A stretch of 64,000 nucleotides of DNA from an uncultured Holophagaceae bacterium (GTDB lineage: Bacteria; Acidobacteriota; Holophagae; Holophagales; Holophagaceae): positions 8,326-72,325 of the forward strand of contig CAIPAY010000116.1 in assembly GCA_903863195.1 (NCBI GenBank), given 5' to 3'. The number at the start of each line of letters is the position of its first letter. The first letter of the stretch is position 1. The position numbers and the translations under genes were made by a program. Below the pieces are notes generated by a model. That model had not been told where the DNA came from and did not search any database. It saw nothing but the letters and a program-made list of their open reading frames with translations. Positions 43,512 to 50,187 of this stretch are shown here, piece by piece.

Positions 43512-44703
43512 CAGGTCCCCCGGGGACCTGCCGGAGATTGCGATTCCCCTGTCCGTGCCCGAGGTGGGGGGGCGCGAGTGGGAGTATGTGAAGGCGTGCC
43601 TGGACACGGGCTGGATCTCCAGCGTCGGGGCCTTTGTGGACCGCTTCGAGGCGGCCATGGCCCAGGCTGTGGGCGTGTCTCATGCGGTGGCGACCGTGAA
43701 CGGCACCGCCGCCTTGCACATCGCGCTGATGGTCGCGGGGGTGGAAGCCGGGGACGAAGTGCTGGTCCCGGATCTGACCTTCATCGCTCCCGCCAACGCT
43801 GTCCGCTACCTAGGCGCGTGGCCGGTCTTCATCGATGTGGATCCGCTCCACGGGCAGATGGACCCCGCCCAGGTGGCCGACTTCCTCGAGCGGGGCTGCG
43901 AGCGGACGCCAGACGGTCTGCGGAATCGTTCCACCGGTCGGTGGGTCCGTGCCCTGCTGCCCGTGGATGTCCTGGGACACCCCGCCGACCTGGAGCCCCT
44001 GATGGCCCTGGCCGAGGCCCATGGCCTCGCGCTGGTGGAAGATGCCACGGAGAGCCTGGGGGCCGAGTATCGTGGGCAGCCCGTCGGCTCGCGCGCCGAC
44101 ATCGCCTGCATCAGCTTTAATGGCAACAAGATCATCTCCACGGGGGGCGGGGGCATGCTCCTCACACGACGGGAGGACTGGGCCGCCCGCGCCCGCTACC
44201 TGACGACCCAGGCCAAAGATGATGCCATCGAGTTCATCCACGGCGCCGTGGGCTACAACTATCGGCTCGGCAACGTGGCCGCAGCCATCGGCGTCGCGCA
44301 GCTGGAGCGCCTCCCTGAGTTCGTCACCCGGAAACGGGCCATTGCCGACCGCTACCGCATCGCCCTGCAGGGATGCCCCGGGCTCGAGCCCCTGCCCGAG
44401 GCGACCTGGGCCCGGAGCACCTCCTGGCTCTTCACGATGAAGGTGGATGCCGAGGCCTTCGGCATGGACAGCCGTGGACTCCTGGACTTCCTCAGGAAGC
44501 GCGCCATCCAGACCCGCCCGCTCTGGCAGCCTATGCACCTGAGCCCAGCCCATCAAGGCTGCGCCTCCTGGCACATCGAAGTAGCCACCCACCTGAATCG
44601 CGTCTGCCTCAGCCTACCTTGCTCGGTGGGACTCAAGGAGTCGGACCAGACCCGGGTCATCCAGGCTCTGCACGAGGCTCACAGGATCGGCACGTTGAAG
44701 TAG
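43501..44703 (+). CDS. DegT-family PLP sugar aminotransferase (copy 4; LegC/PglE-like)
   Basis: From ATG 43501: MLIDRSPGDLPEIAIPLSVPEVGGREWEYVKACLDTGWISS...TVNGTAALHIALMVAGVEAGDEVLVPDLTFIAPA...; Lys context ISFNGNKIISTGGGG. Confidence 0.85.
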   Translation: MLIDRSPGDLPEIAIPLSVPEVGGREWEYVKACLDTGWISSVGAFVDRFEAAMAQAVGVSHAVATVNGTAALHIALMVAGVEAGDEVLVPDLTFIAPANAVRYLGAWPVFIDVDPLHGQMDPAQVADFLERGCERTPDGLRNRSTGRWVRALLPVDVLGHPADLEPLMALAEAHGLALVEDATESLGAEYRGQPVGSRADIACISFNGNKIISTGGGGMLLTRREDWAARARYLTTQAKDDAIEFIHGAVGYNYRLGNVAAAIGVAQLERLPEFVTRKRAIADRYRIALQGCPGLEPLPEATWARSTSWLFTMKVDAEAFGMDSRGLLDFLRKRAIQTRPLWQPMHLSPAHQGCASWHIEVATHLNRVCLSLPCSVGLKESDQTRVIQALHEAHRIGTLK

Positions 44704-45365
44704 GCCTGGGCGTTGGCGGCTCCCTTCTTGGGGACGATCGCCAGCGAACCGTCGGCCCCGGTGTAGACGAGGGTGTCAGAGGGAACCTCGCGGAAGTAGA
44801 CGGTGGTATCAACCCCAATGGAAACTCGGTCCCCAATGGGCTTGTCGCCGATGACCTTCGCCCCCGCCGCTAGGTAGAGGCCCTTCCCGAGGACCGGTCC
44901 CCGGTTGCCCTGGGCATCCGGATGGGTGTTCACCGTGACGTTCTGGAAGACCACCAAAAAGTCCGCGTAGGATGCGTTTCCCAGGATGGACCCGATAGGA
45001 TGGCCAAAGAGAAAGATGTCGGGCAGGCCTGCGTTGTAGGTGAAGAAGAGGCCATTCAGCGCCTTGTTCAGCAGGATCAGCTTGTCGCAGAGGGGGCGGT
45101 TCTGGGACCGGACCCAGAGGCTGTTGGCGAGGTAGTAGAGGAACTGGCTGTACTGGTCCGAGTGGAGGTGGGAGAAGTGCGCCTCGCCCCCCCCCGAATA
45201 GGCCGAGTGGGAGATGTGGCGGAAACACCACTCCGTGCGCTGCAGGGCCTGATCCAGAGCCGCATCCACGTCTCCGCCCTCGAAGACGTAACGGTCAGGG
45301 AAGAAATTGGCCAGCTGCGCTGCAATAAATGCCTTTAGCTCGGGGACTTTCAGGGACAGATGCAT
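44679..45365 (-). CDS. Serine-acetyltransferase-like (hexapeptide) O-acetyltransferase
   Basis: The helical N-terminal domain (DQYSQFLYYLANSLW...) followed by hexapeptide repeats (GKGLYLAAGAKVIGDKPIGDRVSIGVDT) resembles the CysE-like acetyltransferases of glycan loci. Its 3' end overlaps the convergent aminotransferase gene by 25 nt. Confidence 0.65.
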   Translation of the reverse strand: MHLSLKVPELKAFIAAQLANFFPDRYVFEGGDVDAALDQALQRTEWCFRHISHSAYSGGGEAHFSHLHSDQYSQFLYYLANSLWVRSQNRPLCDKLILLNKALNGLFFTYNAGLPDIFLFGHPIGSILGNASYADFLVVFQNVTVNTHPDAQGNRGPVLGKGLYLAAGAKVIGDKPIGDRVSIGVDTTVYFREVPSDTLVYTGADGSLAIVPKKGAANAQAYFNVPIL

Positions 45366-45461
45366 GGGCTTCCCTTCCTGGCGGGCCGGGGGAAAGGGGC
45401 AATAGCACCCGAGCGCGCCGCCACATCGGATCGCAATTTCCCTGCCGTTTCCTCCGCCTCT

Positions 45462-46439
45462 TCAGACGGTGTAGTCGCCGGGTCGAAAGTGGTGGGCGTG
45501 GTCCCGCATCCAGGCAATGGTGCGCTCCAGACCTTCCTCAAGGCTCAGAGCCGGGGTCCAGCCCAGCAGCTCCCGGGCCAGGGTGTTGTCGGACACTAGA
45601 CGGTCCACCTCGCTCGGCCCTGGGCGCAAGCGTCGCTCGTCGCTGGTCACTTGGAGGTCCTTGCCCAGCAGCTTGCCGATGAGCGCGGCCAGGTCGCCGA
45701 TGCTGATCTCCCGTCCTGTTCCAAGGTGGACCGTGCGGCCTTCGATGCCCGGCACCGCTCCCGCCTGCAGGTACGCCCCCACCGTATCGGCCACAAAAGT
45801 CAGATCTCGCGTGGGGGTGAGGTTGCCCAGGTGCACCGCGCCTCCAGCGAGCCCCTGGCTGATGATCGTGGGGATGACGGCCCGGGCCGACTGGCGGGGG
45901 CCGAAGGTGTTGAAGGGGCGCAGGGTCACGACGGGCAGCCCGAAGGCGGCGTGGCAGGCTTCGGCCATCTTGTCCGCCCCAATCTTGCTGGCGGAGTAGG
46001 GCGACTGACCCTGGAGGGGGTGGTCCTCCCGGATGGGCACTTGGCGGGCGGAGCCGTAGACCTCACTGGTCGAGGTGTGGACAACACGCTTCACCCCAGC
46101 TTCGACGGCAGCTTGGAAGAGGTTAAGGGAGCCCTCGATGTTGGTCCGAACGTAGCTCTGCGGTGCCCGATAGGAATAGGGGATGGCGATGAGGGCCCCC
46201 AGGTGGAAGACGACCTCCACGTCCTGCAGGGCCGCCCGCACGCTGTCCCGGTCACAGAGGTCCCCGGCCACCACGTCCATCCCTGAGCGCAGGGGCGAGT
46301 GGTCCAGCCAGCCTCCGGTGCCGAGCGCGTTGTAGTGGACGAAGGCCCGCACCTCGGCACCCTCCTGGAGGAGCCGCTCAGCCAGATGGCTCCCGATGAA
46401 GCCCCCTGCGCCCGTCACCAGCACCTTGGTTCCCTGCAT
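45462..46439 (-). CDS. NDP-HexNAc 4,6-dehydratase-like extended SDR (LegB/LgaA-like)
   Basis: From ATG 46439: MQGTKVLVTGAGGFIGSHLAERLL...FVHYNALGTGGWLD...TSTSEVYG...YSASK. The track ORF (46667) is an upstream extension into the neighbouring gene. Confidence 0.7.
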   Translation of the reverse strand: MQGTKVLVTGAGGFIGSHLAERLLQEGAEVRAFVHYNALGTGGWLDHSPLRSGMDVVAGDLCDRDSVRAALQDVEVVFHLGALIAIPYSYRAPQSYVRTNIEGSLNLFQAAVEAGVKRVVHTSTSEVYGSARQVPIREDHPLQGQSPYSASKIGADKMAEACHAAFGLPVVTLRPFNTFGPRQSARAVIPTIISQGLAGGAVHLGNLTPTRDLTFVADTVGAYLQAGAVPGIEGRTVHLGTGREISIGDLAALIGKLLGKDLQVTSDERRLRPGPSEVDRLVSDNTLARELLGWTPALSLEEGLERTIAWMRDHAHHFRPGDYTV

Positions 46440-46473
46440 GTCCCTGCCCCCTTCTCGCACGCAACGCCGAATC

Positions 46474-47268
46474 TCACCAGGCTGTGAAGCCGCCATCCAC
46501 CACCAGGTTCTGTCCGGTGATGTAGGCGGAAGCATCCGAGGCCAGGAAGGCCGCGGCGCCCTTGAAGTCCTCTTCGGTCCCCATGCGCCCGAGCGGGGTC
46601 CGGGCCACATAGCGGCCCACGAAGGCCTCAGGCTGGCCCCGCCAGAGCCCGCCGGGGCTGATGGCATTCACACGGATCTCGGGAGCCAGCACCGTGGACA
46701 GCCAGCGGTTGAGCTGGATCAGACCACCCTTGCTGGCCCCATAGGCCGCCGGATTGCCCATGGCCGTGTCCTCGTAGAGCCGCATGTCCGGCCCGACCAC
46801 GCCATAGAGCGAGCTGATGTGAATGATCGAGCCATGCCCCGAGGCGCGCAGCGCGGGCACACAGAGCTGAGTGAGGAGGAAGGGGGCCGTAAGGTTTACC
46901 TCCAAAGCCCTCCGCCAGGTGTCCACCCGCTGCTCCAGGAAGGGCGTGATCCAGCCAGGGAGCCCGGCGGTGCCTGCGAAAGCCGCGCAATGGATGAGGA
47001 TGTCGAGGCGGCCAAATGCCTCCAGCACCCGGTCGGGGATGGCCCGCACCTCGGCCTCCTGCTCGAGGTCGATGGACAAAGGGAGGACCTCCACGCCGTG
47101 GGCCTCGGCCAGAGCCCGGGCCGCGGCCTGGGGTTCCCGATCCAGGATCACGAGTCGCGCTCCCTGCTCCGCGAGGGCCTCTGCCATGGCCTGCCCGATG
47201 TGCCCGGCGCCTCCGGTGACGAGGGCCACGCGACCCTGGAGGTTCAGCAGGTCCTTGAGTGGCCTCAT
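46474..47268 (-). CDS. Short-chain dehydrogenase/reductase (classical SDR; PtmA-like position)
   Basis: RVALVTGGAGHIGQAMA (TGxxxGxG), ISSLYG and YGASKGG (YxxxK). Confidence 0.8.
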   Translation of the reverse strand: MRPLKDLLNLQGRVALVTGGAGHIGQAMAEALAEQGARLVILDREPQAAARALAEAHGVEVLPLSIDLEQEAEVRAIPDRVLEAFGRLDILIHCAAFAGTAGLPGWITPFLEQRVDTWRRALEVNLTAPFLLTQLCVPALRASGHGSIIHISSLYGVVGPDMRLYEDTAMGNPAAYGASKGGLIQLNRWLSTVLAPEIRVNAISPGGLWRGQPEAFVGRYVARTPLGRMGTEEDFKGAAAFLASDASAYITGQNLVVDGGFTAW

Positions 47269-48242
47269 GGCACCCCCAGCTTGATGGTCGTTCCCTGCGA
47301 GGCCTTCACGGCCAGCGCGATCTCCAGGGCCCGCAGCCCGTCTTCACCGGTCACCCGGGGCGCAGCGCCCGTCTCGATGCAGGTCAGGAAGTGGCTGAGC
47401 TCCTCCAAGTAGATGCGGTTTCGATCAGCGGGTGCGGCCTCGGGTCGCAGCAGCTCCGTCCAGCCACCCTGGGTGAAGAGCCGCAAGCCGCGGCGGAGGC
47501 CATCCCACTCCAGGGTGCCCTCGGTGCCGACGACCCGGCAGGTGCGGGTCGGCGCTCGCTGCAGCAGGTCCAGGTGCACACTTCCGATAGCACCGCTCTC
47601 GAAGGTGAGCAGCACCTCGGCAAGGTCTTCGACAGCCAGCCCCAGGTCGCCCCGGGTGCCCGTGACGGCACAGACACTCGCCACCTCGCCCAGGAGCCAC
47701 CGCAGATAGTCGAACTCGTGGCTCAGCTCTAGGACCACGCCTCCGCCGAGCTCGGGTCGGGCGGTAACCCCTCGGAGGTAGTCGCTGCCGGGCCGCCAGT
47801 CCGGCAGGTATTGGCCCACCTCGGCCCGCACGCTCAGCACCCGGCCGATGCGGGGCAGGGCTTCCCGCAGCGCCTGGAGGGAGGGCGCGAAGCGCAGGTT
47901 GTAGCCCGTCATCAGGACGAGGGACCGGTTGTGGCAGAGCTCAATGAGGCGGGAGAGACCCTCCCTCTGGTCCGAGATCGGCTTCTCGATCAGGAGGTGC
48001 ACCCCCGCCTCGGCCAGGACCAGCGCCTCTGCCACATGAAAGGGCGAGGGCGAGGCCAGGATCGCGAACTGGGGCCGGGCTTCCAGAGCGGCCTCCAACG
48101 TGCTCACCACCTTGACCGCAGGGACCGGGGCATCGGCACCCGTGCGGCGCAAGGCCCAGAGGTCCGCATCTGGAAGCAGGGTGCGCAGGTTGGCCAGGTG
48201 GCGCCGGCCGATGCTTCCCAGGCCAACAACGAGGCCTCTCAT
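47265..48242 (-). CDS. Gfo/Idh/MocA-family oxidoreductase
   Basis: MRGLVVGLGSIGRRHL... (N-terminal Rossmann) and LIEKPI (the EKP motif). A 4-nt overlap joins it to the downstream SDR gene. Confidence 0.8.
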   Translation of the reverse strand: MRGLVVGLGSIGRRHLANLRTLLPDADLWALRRTGADAPVPAVKVVSTLEAALEARPQFAILASPSPFHVAEALVLAEAGVHLLIEKPISDQREGLSRLIELCHNRSLVLMTGYNLRFAPSLQALREALPRIGRVLSVRAEVGQYLPDWRPGSDYLRGVTARPELGGGVVLELSHEFDYLRWLLGEVASVCAVTGTRGDLGLAVEDLAEVLLTFESGAIGSVHLDLLQRAPTRTCRVVGTEGTLEWDGLRRGLRLFTQGGWTELLRPEAAPADRNRIYLEELSHFLTCIETGAAPRVTGEDGLRALEIALAVKASQGTTIKLGVP

Positions 48243-48338
48243 GGCACAGCACACTCGGGCCCGACGTTCATGATGGCTTCCTGGGTCATTCGTCTCGCCT
48301 CATTCAAGCACAAAGGGCGCGGCGGGGGCTTTCCGACC

Positions 48339-50135
48339 TCACACCCTCCGCCCAAAACTCCTCTCCAGCTCCGCCAGGCTCAGCTTCTTGAGGATGGGCC
48401 TTCCGTGGGGGCAGGTGTTGGGCACCTCGCAGGCCAGGAGGTCCTGGATGAGGCGGAGAGCCAGGTCGGGGGGCAGGGCGTGGTGTTTCTTGATGGCGGC
48501 GCGGCAGGCCAGCTCGGCGTTGAGGTCACGGCGGAAGGTGTCCAGGTCCACGCGGCCCTCCTGCTCCAGGCGGATCATCAGGTCATCCAGCAGGGTCTGC
48601 GGGTCCCGTTCCGCCAGGAAGTCCGGTAGGCCGCGCACCACCAGGGCGTCTGCTCCAAAGGGGTCCACCTCCACGCCCGCGGCCTCCAGCTCGGGCAGGA
48701 AGGGGAGCAGGCGGGCCAGGGCCTCGGGACCCAGCTGCACCACCTGGGGGGGCAGCAGGGGCTGGATGGCCGGGGCGTGGCGGCGCAGGAAGAGCCGCTC
48801 GAAGAGCACCCGCTCGTGGGCCACGTGCTGGTCGATGATCCAGAGCTCGGGACCGTCCGCCCCGGTGATCTCGGCCACCAGGTAGGTCTGCTGGAAGGCC
48901 CCCAGGTAGCGGATCGCACGGCCGGTTTCGCTCCCCTCGGCCACCCCTGAGGGCGCCGCCTCGTAGGCATAGACCGTGTCCAGGGGCCGGGTCTCGAAGG
49001 CGGCTGACAGGGCCTGATAGGCGGCGAGGCCCCCGCCGGAGTGGTCGGACCAGAGCCGCGGGTGCTGAGGCGCCGCCCGGCGGGAAGGGTCCAGGTCGAA
49101 CTCGGCGTCCATGGGCTTGGGGGGCAACTCCAGGACTGAAGCCAGGCCGCCGCGCAGCTTCGCCCAGGCCTCCTCCGCCGCGCTGCGCACCCAGGCGAAG
49201 ATGCGCTGGGGCTCCCGGAAGCGCACCTCGGCCTTGGTGGGGTGCACGTTGACATCCACCGCCTCGGGCGGGACCTGCAGGAACAGCACCGCCGCCGGGT
49301 AGCTGCCCTTGGCGAAGGTGCCGGACCAGGCCTCGGACAGGGCGGCCAGCAGCAGGCGGTCCCGCACGGCCCGGCCGTTCACGAAGAGATAGAGCCGGTT
49401 GCGGTCCCGGAAGCTCAGATCCGGCGGCGAGACAAAGCCCCGCAGCTGCCAGGGGGCCTCACCGTTCACGAAGGGCACCAGTCGCCCCAGCTTATCGCCC
49501 AGCAGGGGCGCCAGGCGCTGGCCAGGATTGTCCACGGGGGGCAGCACCAGGGGGGCGCCCCGGTCGGGCCGGAGGACCCAGTGGACGCCGGGCGAGCTCA
49601 GGGCCAGCCGCGCCACCACGCCCCAGAGCTGGGCGTGCTCGGTGTCCGTGGACTTGAGGAAGCGGCGCCGGGCCGGCAGCTGGGCGAAGAGGTCCCGGAC
49701 GGTCACCGTGGTACCCCGGCTGCGGGGCGTGGGCGTGACCTCCTTGATGACGCCGAACTCGCAGCGTAGGCGATGACCCGCGCCCTCGGTCTCGGCGCTG
49801 GTGAGGTCGAAGCGGCTCACGCTGGCAATGCTGGGCAGGGCCTCGCCGCGGAAGCCGAAGGTGCCGAGATGGCCCAGGTCCTCGGCCGTGCGCACCTTGC
49901 TGGTGGCGTGGCGCTCCAGGGCGAGGTAGAGCTCGTCCCGGGCCATGCCCGAGCCGTCATCGGCCACCTCCAGCAGGCGCTTGCCTCCCTCCTCCCAGGT
50001 GACCTCCAGGTGTCGCGCCCCGGCATCCAGGGCGTTCTCCACCAGCTCCTTCAGCACCGAGGCCGGGCGCTCTACCACCTCGCCGGCGGCGATCTGGTTG
50101 GCCACCTGGTCACTGAGGATCCGGATTCTCGACAT
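48339..50135 (-). CDS. mutL: DNA mismatch repair endonuclease MutL
   Basis: From ATG 50135: MSRIRILSDQVANQIAAGEVVERPASVLKELVENALDAGA (GHKL ATPase). The C-terminal endonuclease motif is DQHVAHERVLFE. Confidence 0.9.
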   Translation of the reverse strand: MSRIRILSDQVANQIAAGEVVERPASVLKELVENALDAGARHLEVTWEEGGKRLLEVADDGSGMARDELYLALERHATSKVRTAEDLGHLGTFGFRGEALPSIASVSRFDLTSAETEGAGHRLRCEFGVIKEVTPTPRSRGTTVTVRDLFAQLPARRRFLKSTDTEHAQLWGVVARLALSSPGVHWVLRPDRGAPLVLPPVDNPGQRLAPLLGDKLGRLVPFVNGEAPWQLRGFVSPPDLSFRDRNRLYLFVNGRAVRDRLLLAALSEAWSGTFAKGSYPAAVLFLQVPPEAVDVNVHPTKAEVRFREPQRIFAWVRSAAEEAWAKLRGGLASVLELPPKPMDAEFDLDPSRRAAPQHPRLWSDHSGGGLAAYQALSAAFETRPLDTVYAYEAAPSGVAEGSETGRAIRYLGAFQQTYLVAEITGADGPELWIIDQHVAHERVLFERLFLRRHAPAIQPLLPPQVVQLGPEALARLLPFLPELEAAGVEVDPFGADALVVRGLPDFLAERDPQTLLDDLMIRLEQEGRVDLDTFRRDLNAELACRAAIKKHHALPPDLALRLIQDLLACEVPNTCPHGRPILKKLSLAELERSFGRRV

Positions 50136-50187
50136 GGCATAAAAGCTATCAGCTATCGGCGCTCCGCCGTCAGGGCAGACTGGAGGG

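Noticed and set aside
12079-48254. Whether the island is a secondary-metabolite (aminoglycoside/lincosamide-like) biosynthetic gene cluster rather than a glycan locus.
   Set aside because: This is not fully excluded. However, there is no resistance, efflux, NRPS/PKS, cyclitol synthase or regulator gene typical of such clusters. The presence of NeuB/NeuC and TPR-fused GTs points to glycoconjugate synthesis. It is kept only as an analogy in the findings.
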